Counted from the first letter of the whole stretch, positions 1-13,009 are shown. The stretch: 63,937 nucleotides of DNA, filler included, from Octopus bimaculoides (GCF_001194135.2; 7 parts of 6 records of this genome joined end to end with filler, not necessarily neighbours in it), one strand, 5' to 3'. Numbers and translations: made by a program. The notes: generated from the letters alone by a model not told the origin.

Positions 1-33
<33 letters not shown>

Positions 34-732
34 TAAAATATATCAAGTACAGGACATCACCAACGAGTGAAAATGCGTAAGCGCATAATGAGAGACAAGT
101 ACAGGACAAAATACCAAAAGAAGTCTAACTCCTCCTCAGTTGTCAGCTGTTAAATACTTCCTATTTCGAGCTTTCAACGACAAGATAGGAAACCTTCATA
201 AAACAGCAGCATACAGAAATTTAAAAAATATAAAATTCGTGAAGTGTTAGTTTCAAACGAAACAAACAGCGACATAGTGGACGTGCAAAGTAAATAATCG
301 ACGAAGACAAGCATTAAGAGCCGTCAGGCCAAGACACATTGTAATGAGTAACGCCTGACATATATATATATATATGCGTGTGTGTGTGTGTGTGTGTATG
401 TGTGTGTGTGTGTGTGTGTGTGCGTGTGTGTTTGTGTGTGTGTGCGTGTGTGTGTGTATATATATATATACATTGATGGGTTCGAACTCGGGTGCAAAAT
501 GGTGACGAGGAGACATTCTTATCCACCCAAACACCCCAGCTGTTGAATGTTAAAATGATTGTGTAATTTATGATGTTCTTTGTTGTTCCTAAGATTCCCA
601 ATGCAGCGCAGCGTTTTATAGTGTTTATGCCTGTTACGGTTCAGTCCAATACGTCACAACCATATGTTAGGTCTGGGGCTACAAATGTGTTAATGTGTTA
701 ATAATTGAGTTACACATGATTTAACACATATG

Positions 733-887
733 CCTTCTTCTTCTTCTTCTTCTTCTTCTTCTTCTTCTTCTTCTTCTTCTTCTTCTTCTTCTTCTTCTTC
801 TTCTTCTTCTTCTTCTTCTTCTTCTTCTTCTTCTTCTTCTTCTTCTTCTCCTCTTCCTCCTACTATTATTCTAATCTTTTATATAAC

Positions 888-928
<41 letters not shown>

Positions 929-963
929 TAATAATAGCGATGATGATAATGATGATGATGCTA

Positions 964-1007
<44 letters not shown>

Positions 1008-1020
1008 CATGATGATGAAT
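733..1020. repeat. Compound trinucleotide microsatellite (TCT)n-(ATA)n-(ATG)n
   Basis: Read directly; explains the poly-S/I/M ORF 730..1161. Confidence 0.95.
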
Positions 1021-1234
1021 ATTTTTATTATTGAATTCTTAGAGTCATTAGAGCTTCGAGCAAAATGGCTTTTGTTATTTTCCCGATTCTTTATCATGTT
1101 CCGAGTTCAAGTTCCGCCAAGGCCAGGTTTACTTTTGATTCTTTCAGGGTCAATAAAATAAATGTCGGTTGATGTAATTAGCTAGCTACCCCCACCCCCA
1201 AAGATTTCGGGCCCTTGTGCCTATAGTAGAAAGA

Positions 1235-1288
<54 letters not shown>

Positions 1289-1677
1289 GTTACCGTTATT
1301 TGTAAAACAATCTCGTTTCATAAAGCTCCATTTAGAAGATATTTTCTTCCAAGATTACTTAATGAAGTAAAGACATATGGGTTTCTTTTTACTATTATGA
1401 GATTTCGCAACATTAGAATCGCATTCAAGATAAAAAAGAACGTTCACAATATGCATTTTATTGTAAACACATATTTTTGCAAGCGTCCTCATCAGTTTGT
1501 TTAGCAGTGGTTCAATGTGTTTACATCTCAAAAAAAATGTGAGGAAGCGCTATTATCCACTATATTAGTAACAGTGAATAGACCCACAGGTTTTTGAAGT
1601 TTTGAAAACACACACAAAGGCACCCACACATGCACGTACGCACGCACGAACGCGTGCGCACGCGCACACACACACAT

Positions 1678-1760
<83 letters not shown>

Positions 1761-1800
1761 GTTTATAAAATGTTAGCACCAAAAAACGACAAATTTCTTA

Positions 1801-2175
1801 TAGACGTAGGAGTGGCTGTGTGGTAAGTAGCTTGCTTACGAACCACATGGTTCCGGGTTCAGTCCCACTGCGTAGCATCTTGGGCAGGTGTCTTCTACTA
1901 TAGCCTCGGGCCGACTAAAGCCTTGTGTGTGGATTTGATAGACGGAAACTCAAAGAAGCCCGTCGTATATATATGTATGTGTGTGTATATGTTTGTGTGT
2001 CTGTGTTTGACAACCGATGCTGGTGTGTTTACGTCCCCGTAACTTAGCGGTTCGGCAAAAGAGATCGATATAATAAGTACTAGGCTTACAAAGAATAAGT
2101 CCTGGGGTCGATTTTCTCGACTAAAGGTGGTGCTCCAGCATGACCATAGTCAAATAACTGAAACAAGTAAAAGAA
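1801..2175 (+). mobile_element. tRNA-derived CORE-type SINE (family B), full length
   Basis: tRNA-like head (GGCTGTGTGGTAAG...GGGTTCAGTCCC), CORE-like segment CATCTTGGGCAGGTGTCTT, internal (TA)/(TG) tract, 3' end GAAACAAGTAAAAGA. Many homologous copies in the window. Confidence 0.85.
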
Positions 2176-2309
2176 AAAAAAATGTGGTAAGCAAAACAAA
2201 AATTCCAAAATGTATCACTACCAGCGCTAACTTCAATAAGTTATCAAGCAAGAAAACATCTAAAATGTTGGTAGGCTAAAAGAGCTGTAGCTAAGTCTTT
2301 CTCAAACAC

Positions 2310-4610
2310 GAAATTGTCGTCTTTAGAATGGTTAAATAAACAGGTTCAACTATTTCTGTCAAAATTTAAAAATTTAAACATCTTTATGGAACTAAGAGTA
2401 TTTATTATCTCTTCGTGTAGCAATAAATCAGAACACCAATCACCGAACATTCGAAATAATACTAAAATCGAAGACTGGTCTCTTTTCAATAGAGGGTGTT
2501 CTTATAATATACGTAATAATTTGCATTAAATATATAGAGATTACAAAGACATTTCGAAACTGATAGGGAATGGCACCATAATTAAAAATGCTATCTTCCA
2601 AAATAAAAGAAAGAAATTCGAAGTACATTACTGTAACAAACATACACATACCATCATCGTCTACACAGACTGTCTTACCAGGTTTACGCTTCCACCTCGA
2701 TACAGCACTTTAACACTCTCACAACCACCTTCATTGGAAGCGACGTTAATGCACGTAATCCCCGGTTTTCAAATAGCAAAGATAACAAGAATTGAATAAA
2801 TTCGTCACAACAAGACTTCTTTTACATCCGAAACTAGTCACGCCAACACATTTCTCACTCAGCCACTTACAACTTTCCTCTGGAAATCACCTTCTATGCT
2901 TCACATATTGCTACCTCAAAAACCTGTCAAACAATTATTCAACTTCCTTTGGATCACCTACCAATTGTCATAAAAAAAGTACAATGGAACGAGTTTCATC
3001 AAGAAACAATACCAAGGTGTTTATAAATCAATAACGATACAGATGCTATAGTACAGAATTCAACGAAATAATTATACAAGATGCATCTAAAAACGTATCC
3101 CAGAAGGAAACAAAAAATATAACTCAATTACACATCAGAAATAGCCGACCTCATAAAACTACAGACGAACTCAAAAGCAATATACCAAAACAACAAACAA
3201 ATGAAATAAAAGTCAGCCCTGTACAAAGAAAGAGCAAACATTAGCAAACAGTAAAATAACAATTGCTTGCGTTGAATATAAACAACAAAAATAACAGCAG
3301 AATCACTAAAATATTGAAAGTAATTAACATTATCATCAACAGAGTCAAATGTTACTACGCACCCAAGGTGACAACGAATTGTAACACTAGACATTTTTGT
3401 TAAAAATTCCTTGAAATCAGCCATCAAAGACCTCTCAAAGAAAGTAGGAACACAAAACAAATTATGCATCTTCCACTTAGGTCAGAATTTTGATCCCTTC
3501 TTTCCATCAAGTAGCTTGAAATCAGTAGGGAAAGCTGAAAACACAAAAGACTAAGGACTTGACAAATTCACAAACATGCCTAAAACGCAGAGCCTGAATG
3601 AATTACTTCATTCATTAGTACCTACATCTACTCGTACCAACACTGTCAATTTCCCATACTTTAGAAACTGGGCAAAACTATTATGATACAATTCTAAAGC
3701 GCAATGAAAGATGAAGTTACGTAACGTTATACAAAACCCATTTCACTTCTATGCACACACTTTAAAAAATTCTAGAAAGCTTTGACATTACTAACTCTCA
3801 CATGTAAAGAAAAATACATTCAGCCACCACATTATTCACAAAAATAGCACAGAAAATACACGAAAGCTTTAAGAACAAAATTCTCACACCTGAAGCTCAA
3901 ACTACCACCAAGGTTCAGTCTTTCGAATCCATTTCCTGTTATCCACTTATAAAAAATATTCAACTACTACTTTAAGAAACAGTATGAAAGGCTTGCTTAT
4001 AAATTATCTGTCAGATCACCAAGCCTGCGTACAGTACAAGATCATCATCACCAGAATATACAAATTTTCGAATGGTATACTATAAGGAACTGTTCTTTCA
4101 CGAATGCTTTTCAAACTCTACTTACATTACCTCTCCTTATACGTTGGTTTGTCCGCCATTCGCCAGTCACTGCTATACACTTACTCTAGCTTAAAAATTT
4201 AGAAAACTTGCTCCATAACAACAGACTTAAAGCAGTACCTACCAGGTCTACTATCTCTCTATTTATTAGCAAAAAAATCCACCCCATCAAATACAATCAG
4301 CCATCACACTGAATAACAGAAACATGCCACACACATAGAAAACAAAAATACTCGGAGTTACACGCAACATTCCCAACACACATGAAACAGTAAAGAAACC
4401 GAAATGACATAGAAATATACTTAGAATAGTTGCAGATACCACATTTAACCAACAGAAACGAACATGATGTACAAAAATAAAATATTTCTATTGGAGACAG
4501 TGTCAGTTTTCCCTGAGCCAACAATCTCACCACAACAAACCATAGGGAAATACATTACATTATAGCAGATACACAGATGACACCCACAGACCTTCACTAC
4601 ATAATAAAAC
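2310..4610 (+). mobile_element. Degenerate non-LTR retrotransposon (I/Jockey-like), APE endonuclease and RT remnants
   Basis: Hand translation: GSDVNARNPR at ~2735 (APE GDFNAH motif); NGIL*GTVLSRMLFKLYL at ~4070 (RT GVPQGSVLSPLLF motif); KTKILGVT at ~4340. Many stops and frameshifts. Confidence 0.7.
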
Positions 4611-5074
4611 GAATTTTAAAAATGAAAGTTCAAGAACTGGATAAGGAATCCATATTTATAATGTAATTGAATGGTAAGAATAAAGCACAAAACGAATATT
4701 TTAAAGTTAACAACGTTTCTAATTAGATGAAAAAACATTTCTACATAAAGATAATTAAAAACTATTTTAAATTCTCTGACATGAATGTTTGATCTATAAA
4801 TTGGTTTTCTTCTGTTGATTTTCATTTAAAAAATCGTTGATATTGTTTCGTAGATTTGTTTTGTCATGTTTATTGTATTTTAAGCAAATGTGTTTTCATA
4901 ATTTATATAGAGAAACTTGGAGTCTGTTATAAGAAAAATAATATTCGTGTGTGAATGAACTTTAGTGCAAGACTCACTTTCAATTGTTTCATATCTATCC
5001 TCTTCGTCGGAATAAATTTATGCATTTCGAATTTGGAATCAATTTATTCTGTTAATACTTTGTAGACTGAAATG

Positions 5075-5805
5075 TGGCGAGCTGGCAGAATTGTTAGCAC
5101 GCCGGACGAAATGCTGTTAAGCATTTCGTCCGTTTTCACGTTCTGAGTTCAAATTCCACTGTAGTCGACTTAGCCTTTCATCCTTTCGAGGTCGATAAAA
5201 TAAGTACCAGTTGAGCATTGGGGTTCATGTAATCGACTGAACCCTACTCCGAAATTACTGGCCTTGTGTCAAGATTTGAAATCAATATTTTACAAACCGA
5301 AAGGCGGTGAGCTGGCAGAATTGTTAGCACACCGGACGAAATGCTTAGCGGCATTTCGTCCGTCTTTGTGATCTGAGTTCAAATTCCACCGGAGTCAACT
5401 TTGCCTTTCATCCTTTCGGGGGTCGATAAAATAAGTACTAAGTTGAGCACTGGGGGAAGGGGATCGATATAATCGATTAACCCCATCCTCCGAAATTGCT
5501 GGCTTTGTGCCAGAATTTGAAACCAATATTCTCCACACTCGATAAATACAGAAAACAATTGGATCAATTTAATATTATTGTCAACTTTAATGTAATTATC
5601 TTTAATTTTGTTAGTGGGATAATCCAATAGATTTTCTGCTAACGAAACTTGTAATTGTTTGCATTATTTCTGTTGTCCGACGAGATCGACTTTGCAGTAC
5701 CTCCTTTCGGGATGAATAAAATGATTCCCTGTTGAGTACTGGGGTCTATGTAGTCGACTAATCCTTCTCCCTAATATCGTTAGGCTTGTGCTAAAATTTG
5801 GAATC
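5075..5805 (+). mobile_element. Three tandem tRNA-derived SINEs (family A)
   Basis: Head GGCGGTGAGCTGGCAGAATTGTTAG (A box) and GAGTTCAAATTCC (B box), body GCCTTTCATCCTTTCGGGGTCGATAAAATAAGTAC. Copies at ~5075, ~5303 and ~5680 (truncated). Confidence 0.85.
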
Positions 5806-7272
5806 CTCTTTATCTTCATCAACAGACTATAAAATAGACCAAAAAGTTTTTGCATATCCTAAAAAAAACCGACAGGTTTAACTAAAAACCATGCGATAGC
5901 AGATTCAATAGCAGTGCACCCTTAAATGTAAATTGGTGTCAAAACTCAAAGTAAGTTTAATAATGACTAATTTCTCCATAAAATAATTTCTCTTGCTCAC
6001 GCGGAAACTCTGGTGGTAGTTGTTGTTAAGGGAAGTAATCACTACTAGAAAAGTCTGAAATCATGGTGGGGTGAGAAATTTGAATCTTAAATTTAACAGT
6101 AATCAAGAAAATACATAATCTATGCATTTTCATATTCATATTTTTTTAAACATCACAAAGATCCTAAATGTATTTTTTAGTCATTCTTAGCTATGTATAG
6201 CGCTATTTCGTTCCTTTTTGGAATCATCAGTATGACATAATCCTTGGCAAATATATTACACTCAATTAAACACATTACGAAGCAAGATAGTTTAGAATAA
6301 GTGCAAGGAATGTGTTTTGTCTTCTTAGGTAATCTAATAATGAACAATTCCTTATCAATAAATAACGAATCAATAAATAATCAATAAAAAAGAAACGAAT
6401 AATTCCTTATCAATGACTTTTGCCCTTTTTTGAAATTATTATTCAGTAATCGTGTTACTCTATTCGGTTTCAAATCTATCTAATACCATTATATATTGTG
6501 GTTGTTTAGCCTCTGTTCAAACCCAATCAACCAGACTTTTGATTAAAAGAACTTCAATTTTAAACAACTCGTTTTTTCTAGTTATTTAAGATTGTATTAT
6601 CTCATGTTACGCTCCACAGTGTGAAACTAGTTGTAGTAAACGTCAGAAAATGTAGCTTTTAATAAAATATGTATAGTATTCTGTAAAGTAACACTGAGCA
6701 CTCCTTTCTTGAATATAACTTTTAATTCATACATACATACATACACACATATATGGATATATGTGTGTATGTGTATGTAACTGCGTGAATAAATTTCCTG
6801 TCAGTCTCCCTGGCGTGAAAAAGGGGCTATTTTGGGAGCAAGAATGCAACTTAGTGCAGTAGTTAAGAATAGGTGAAACGCGTGCATGTGATATTTCCTC
6901 TTTGTTAGAGAAATGTACAAAGATATAGAATAAGAAAATGGAAATTATGAGAGATTTGAACAACCTTAGAAGGTGTATCAGATATCGGTCACCAGTGGTC
7001 TAGTATTTAACTTCAATGTATTATATATCATAGCAAATAACTCCACCCTATCGAGTGGAATGAGCTGCTGAGCTGTTGCATAAGATATCGTGTCCGAACA
7101 TTGCTGACTTGTGTAGTTATGCCAAACAGCTGCTATCGCGTGTAGGCTAGATTCAGCTATCGCTCGAGTCCATCGTGAATACCGTCCTGTCACTCTCCTT
7201 TAGTAGGGCAGAACAGCAGCTTTCGCTACTTGGTTATGTCGAAAGAGGCTGTGCGGTGGATGAGGCTTAAAG

Positions 7273-7603
7273 CAGCGATCCCCCAACTGTTTGGCACTCC
7301 GGACCGGTTTTATGTCAGACAAGTTTTCTCCACAGTCCAGGTTATCAAATGTATAACACAATGGATTAAAATGTACATTTATATAATTGAATTATTACAT
7401 ATATAATGCCGATGTAACTATTACTTGTATACTACTCGCTCTATTTCTACTATTATTACATAGTAACAACTCAAAAGTAGAAGATTTATTCTTTCTGTGC
7501 GGCTGAGTACCAAACGATCCGAGTACCAAACGATCCGAGTACCAAACGATCCGAGTACCAAAACGATACTACTGGTCCGTGACCCTGCGGCTGGGAACCC
7601 CTG
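7273..7603. mobile_element. hAT (Charlie/MER1-like) non-autonomous MITE with 8-bp TSD
   Basis: Ends CAGCGATCCCCAAC and GCTGGGAACCCCTG are imperfect TIRs; identical 8-bp flanks GCTTAAAG at 7265-7272 and 7604-7611. Confidence 0.9.
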
Positions 7604-7638
7604 GCTTAAAGAACTGAGGACAGGCAATTTTCTCTTAG

Positions 7639-7677
7639 ATCATGACCTCATCAACCTCTTTAAGTTTCATTTTGAAG
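7639..7677 (+). CDS. Candidate 39-nt exon (MTSSTSLSFILK if the internal ATG is used, or DHDLINLFKFHFE in phase 1)
   Basis: Acceptor TTTTCTCTTAG| and donor GAAG|GTGAGG; two open frames; no homology recognised. Confidence 0.25.
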
Positions 7678-8038
7678 GTGAGGGTGAAGACAGAAGTGCT
7701 TTCTATTGAATTTGTGGGTGACTGTGGCAAAAAGAGCTAGTGATTGGAACTAACCTAAGCATATCTCCATAGGTCGGAGAACAACCGTTTGGGTGCGGAC
7801 ACAGCTTAAGTGGTCAGAGCGATTTTGATTTTTAGGTGGGTGGAGGTCATCTAATTGAGACCAGCTAGAGTTCCTCCTATATCAAGAAGACTGTATTATT
7901 AATGTATGCAAGTATCTAGATAATATGTATGTTTATTTCATTTTTCTTGTCAATTTCTTTTATGTAACTCACCACTATATGTAACTAGTGTTTGTAATGA
8001 CCCTTTTATCCGATGCTTCTGTGACAAATAAAGGAAAC

Positions 8039-8039
<1 letters not shown>

Positions 8040-8131
<92 letters not shown>
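8040..8131. repeat. (TTA)n-(TCA)n compound microsatellite
   Basis: Read directly. Confidence 0.95.
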
Positions 8132-8374
8132 ATCATCTTTCAATTCTGTTTCCATTTCTTGCCGAGTGTCTTCCTCACACCTAGGGCAGAGAAATGCACT
8201 GTATACATTGGTAGGCCATTAAAATAAACACACCAGATTGTTCATTTACAAAGTCATGTGATAGAGAAAAAGGGGGAAGAAAGACACAAAAAAGGAAAAA
8301 AGTAAACATAGAAAATACAGGGGAAAAAGGGCAAGAAAATTCACTATTATTATTATTATTATTAAGGTGGCGTA

Positions 8375-8590
8375 ATAGAAGAATCTTTAGCATGCCGGAC
8401 AAAATACCCAGCAACATTACTTATGCATTTACATTCTGAGTTTAAATGTCATCGAAGCTGACTTTGTCTTTCATCCTTTCGGGGTCGATAAGTAAGGTAC
8501 TAGTCGAGCAATGGGGGGTCAATGTAATCGATTAGTCCCGCCAACCCTAAAATGTCTGGTTTTGTGCTAAAATTTGAAATTATTATTTTT
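8375..8590 (+). mobile_element. SINE family A
   Basis: Same head and body motifs as the 5.1-5.8 kb copies; ends in ATT tail. Confidence 0.8.
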
Positions 8591-9676
8591 GTAGTTGTTA
8601 TATTTTCCTCCTCCTTCATTTTTCTTCTTCCTCCTTCCTCATTTTTCTTCGTCGTCGTCGTCGTTGTTGTCCTCCTTCACCCTCCTCTTTTTTCGCCGCC
8701 CTCCTTCTTCCACTTTCTCCTCCTTCTCCCTCCTCGTCTTTCCTCGTTCTCCTTATCACCACCACCACCACCACCACCAATTTCGGAATACGACCTGTAA
8801 TTTCGTTCTTACGGAAACTTGTACTGCGTAGATTTAAATTATTATCAATTTGAAACTACTCTTTCTTCTTAGCTCAATGGCCACCTACGTTTTTTGTAAA
8901 GATGAAAATATTTAGTTAACGATTTGTAAAACTATCCCCACGTTACACTCATGCACGCGCTCGTTCACATACGCACACACGCACACACAAAAGCACATAT
9001 AATGTACATAATGTGAGTATATATGTATATATATATATATATCATGTGAGAGTATATGTATATATGTGTGGGAGTGTTTGTATGTGTGTTTGTATGTGTG
9101 TGTGTTTGTGCGTGCGTGTGTGTGTGAGTGTGTGTATGTCATTATTCAGTTTTATTTCAAGATCTTTTACCAACAGAGAAAGAGTCAGTTTCTAACCTAG
9201 ATCCAAGGCTCCTTCACTGGAATGTCAACATCAACAAGGTATTTTTGTGTGTCTGTCTATCTGTCTGCATGTATGTATACGTTCAGATTTGTATATTTTG
9301 TTTTATGTATGTCTTCTCATGCATATACTTGCATATCTAGACATGCTCATATATACTTCAATGATAAACTTCTGGAAAGTTTTACAAATTTTTACAGTTT
9401 CAGCGATGGCTTAGATCTGTAGTCTTCGAATCAGCTTTCTCCTTTCTGGTTTTGAGAAGCCAAATTTCTCAAGATTGGTATTTAGGCCGTGTGTTACATA
9501 TCCCTGTATGTATGCATGTATATATGTATATGTAGATTTGTATGTATGAATGTATGTATGTATGTATGTATGTATGTATGCATGCATGTATGTATGTATG
9601 TATGCATGTATGTATGTATGTATATTTGTATGTATGTATGCATGCGTGTATGTTTGTATCATATCCTTTCTGATAT

Positions 9677-10085
9677 GTGAGAATCGAATATATCCCCAAG
9701 AATACAACTTCTTTGCTCCGGGCAATGGATCAACGTGTGATAGCTGACGTCAAGGCATATTATACAAGAAGAAATTTCAAGCAACTTAAAGCAATTGGCA
9801 GGGAGGATAAACCTACAATTGGAGATTTCTGGAAGGAATTCAGCATAATGGATAATGTGGGTAATATAGCTGAGTCATGAGATGAAATGAAACTTACAAC
9901 TTTGAATAGAGCTTGAAAAATATATGGTCAGACTGTATCCGTTACATTACAAGTTTTCCTCAAGCAGGAAGTCTACATCAAAATCGGAAAGATATTGTGA
10001 CACTTGTAAAGGATGTAGGATCTGAAGAAGTCATAGAGGATGATGTGACTGAGATGCTGAAGTTCCATAAAGTTTATCTACCGAG
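9677..10085 (+). mobile_element. Tigger/pogo transposase fragment (pseudogenised)
   Basis: PKNTTSLLRAMDQRVIADVKAYY...WKEFSI...NIAES*DE matches the pogo/Tigger PPNTTSLIQPMDQGVI..FKAYY block. Confidence 0.85.
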
Positions 10086-10376
10086 GTGCTGATGCTCACT
10101 CTACGTATTGTTATATATTACTGGTGCCATAAGAACTCATAAAATTCGTGAAATGTGAAATAATTTTTATGACATCAATAAACAATTTTCGGTGGTAAGA
10201 ATAACGTTTCTAAAATGGAGAGGGAAAGGGGAAAGTTTGTTTTGGTCCAATGGTCGAATGCCTGTGATGTTTACAGATGATGGTCCGATTCCCATGGGCC
10301 CCATTTGCCTTTTTTCTATACAGAGGTTTTTTTTAAAACCCAATATTCACGCGCTGTTAATTTTGGGTTTAGATGC

Positions 10377-10530
10377 AGGCGTGACTGAGTGGTAAAATGT
10401 TTGCGGCTCAATCACATTTTCCTAGATTCTGTCCCACTGCGTGACACCTTTGACAAGTGTCTTCTACTATAGCCTTGGGCCGACCAAAGCCTTGGATTTG
10501 GTAGATGGAAACTGAAAGAAGACAGTGTAT
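10377..10530 (+). mobile_element. SINE family B, 5' half
   Basis: Head plus CORE segment CACCTTTGACAAGTGTCTT; runs into (TA)n and a gap. Confidence 0.8.
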
Positions 10531-10968
10531 ATATANNNNNNNNNNNNNNNNNNNNNNNNNNNNNNNNNNNNNNNNNNNNNNNNNNNNNNNNNNNNNNNNN
10601 NNNNNNNNNNNNNNNNNNNNNNNNNNNNNNNNNNNNNNNNNNNNNNNNNNNNNNNNNNNNNNNNNNNNNNNNNNNNNNNNNNNNNNNNNNNNNNNNNNNN
10701 NNNNNNNNNNNNNNNNNNNNNNNNNNNNNNNNNNNNNNNNNNNNNNNNNNNNNNNNNNNNNNNNNNNNNNNNNNNNNNNNNNNNNNNNNNNNNNNNNNNN
10801 NNNNNNNNNNNNNNNNNNNNNNNNNNNNNNNNNNNNNNNNNNNNNNNNNNNNNNNNNNNNNNNNNNNNNNNNNNNNNNNNNNNNNNNNNNNNNNNNNNNN
10901 NNNNNNNNNNNNNNNNNNNNNNNNNNNNNNNNNNNNNNNNNNNNNNNNNNNNNNNNNNNNNNNNNNNN

Positions 10969-11060
<92 letters not shown>

Positions 11061-11061
<1 letters not shown>

Positions 11062-11410
11062 ACACAAGGAGGTCCCCAAAAGTAACCGGAAACGTTCTCT
11101 GTGGGACAAGCCCGTTGTAGTTTAGGCTGCTGCCGCTAGAGGACACTTGATGCAACCCTCAGGCATCAGTGAGCCGACCGGTGTCCTCCCGTAGAGTCGT
11201 ATTGCGTCTTTGTTTTGCAGTGCTTCTCTCCTGTTTGTTATTTTTGCGATGGCTGAAATGAAGGAACAACGTGTTTCTGTGAAATTTCTGCCGAAGAAAA
11301 CAGCGATCGAAACAGTTGTCATACTAATCGGCTTACAAGGACGCTGCCATGAGCAAAACATGTAATTGAGTATGTTAATATCTCTATACAACATTGACTG
11401 CTTCATCCAA
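11061..11410 (+). mobile_element. Mariner 5' fragment (TIR and transposase N-terminus)
   Basis: TA-CACAAGGAGGTCCCCAAAAGTAACCGGAA terminus, then MAEMKEQRVSVKF...KTAIETVV...AYKDAAMSKT (mariner paired-like HTH, frameshifted). Confidence 0.75.
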
Positions 11411-11830
11411 CGTAAATATTGTATGTACGTATTTATGTGTGTGTATGTTTGTGAGTGTGTGCATGTGTTTGAGGGGTGTAAGTTTGTGTATGTGCCTGCG
11501 TGTAAATGTGGGAGAGCGAGAGAGAGGAAGACGAAGAAAGAAAGTAAGTGGAATTATGTTTAATTTGCGATCACAAGATCGAAAACTATTTAAAGGCAAT
11601 TATACAAACGAATATTGAGACATTGAGAGAAATAAAATGAAAAAGAACGAAAGAAAGAAGGAAAGGAAGGAAAAAGATTGTAGCTGGAAATCTCCAGAGA
11701 ATCGCCATATTGCGAAAGAAATTCGAAGCGTTATTGTCCATTATTAACATGATTTTACACTTAGAGTTTGATTCGGGTGGGCTTGGTTCAGGGTGGCAAG
11801 TAAAATTGTGTATATGAGTTTTCAAATTTT

Positions 11831-11911
<81 letters not shown>

Positions 11912-12204
11912 AACACACACGCACGCACGTACGAACACACACACACACACTCGCATACACATGCACACGCACAAACACACGCAAATACACGCACAGGCAC
12001 AAAACACATTCGTACATACACACCCTCACACAAGCGTATACATACAAACTCAAACTTACACTCAGTCAAACACAAACACACATATATATATACACCTTCC
12101 ACAGACACATATGTGTATGTATATATTTGCATATATAAACAGATACATGCACATATATTCATATGCATGCATGAATTTTTATATATATATATATATATTC
12201 TTTT

Positions 12205-12520
12205 ATTCTTTCACTGTTTCAGTTATTTGACTGCGGCCATACTGGAGCACCACCTTTAATCGAACAGATCGACCCTAGAACTCATTCTTTGTAAACCTAG
12301 TACTTATTCTATCGGTCTCTTTTGCCGAACCGCTAAGTTACGGGGACGTAAACACCAACATCAGTTGTAAAGCGATGGTGGGGGGGGGGTCAAACACAGA
12401 CACACAAATACATGCATGCATACATACATACATACATACATACATACATTTAGTGGTACTGAACCCCCGGGACCATGTGGTTCGGAAGTAAGCTTCTTAC
12501 CACACAACCACTCCTGCGCC
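12205..12520 (-). mobile_element. SINE family B
   Basis: Reverse complement of the 1801-2175 element. Confidence 0.85.
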
Positions 12521-12639
12521 TATATATGTATATACATATATATGTGTATAATGGATAATAAAACGAATGGTTTACACCTAGTAGCTTAGTGGTAAAGCAC
12601 GGTCACTTTTAGAGTAATCGTTTGGTATAGATAGCAAAT

Positions 12640-12990
12640 GAAAGACAGAAAATGGAATTCACGAGAATTCATTACTAATCATGACAATTGTTTCGACACA
12701 TCTAGTTTCGATTCCTCTTGAGCGGGATACTCAACAACTGGTTCAGGAGCATAGGGTGGTGCAGATGTATCTCGTCGGGTGATAAATATATACAACTCCT
12801 TAAAATGACTGTTCCTCAATGTAACCGTTTGGTAAAGAGAAAAGCAGCCAGACGGAGGAAATATCTTCATTTATATAGAAGATCAAAAATTGTTGAGTTG
12901 TCCCACCCAAGAGGAATCGATGCTAGATGTATCGAAACAATTGTCGAGATTAATAATAAATTCTCGTATATTCTATCTTCTGCGTTTCAT
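12640..12990. repeat. ~80-100 bp inverted repeats (about 12640-12740 and 12888-12990) around a 150-bp module; arms carry a hammerhead-like GAAAC-AATT-GTC motif
   Basis: Left arm reverse complement ...CCCGCTCAAGAGGAATCGAAACTAGATGTGTCGAAACAATTGTCATGATTAGTAATGAATTCTCGT aligns with right arm ...CCCACCCAAGAGGAATCGATGCTAGATGTATCGAAACAATTGTCGAGATTAATAATAAATTCTCGT. Confidence 0.8.
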
Positions 12991-13009
12991 TTTCTATATA
13001 TGTATATAT

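Noticed and set aside
121-190. Possible permuted hammerhead on the minus strand (CTC-GAAA...CTGAGGA-GGAGTT)
   Set aside because: Stem I and the cleavage triplet cannot be formed satisfactorily; kept only as part of a PLE-like repeat.
730-1161. Homopolymeric or dipeptide ORFs (poly-S/I/M, HT, CV, YI, LS, RE) throughout the window
   Set aside because: Direct translations of microsatellites.
7505-7567. 16-bp repeats as a CRISPR array
   Set aside because: No spacers, eukaryotic context, and located inside a hAT MITE.
10505-11125. Long ORFs made of X (also 23.2, 25.4, 27.1, 36.3, 38.7, 40.8, 51.5 and 53.8-55.0 kb)
   Set aside because: They are open only because N runs contain no stops.
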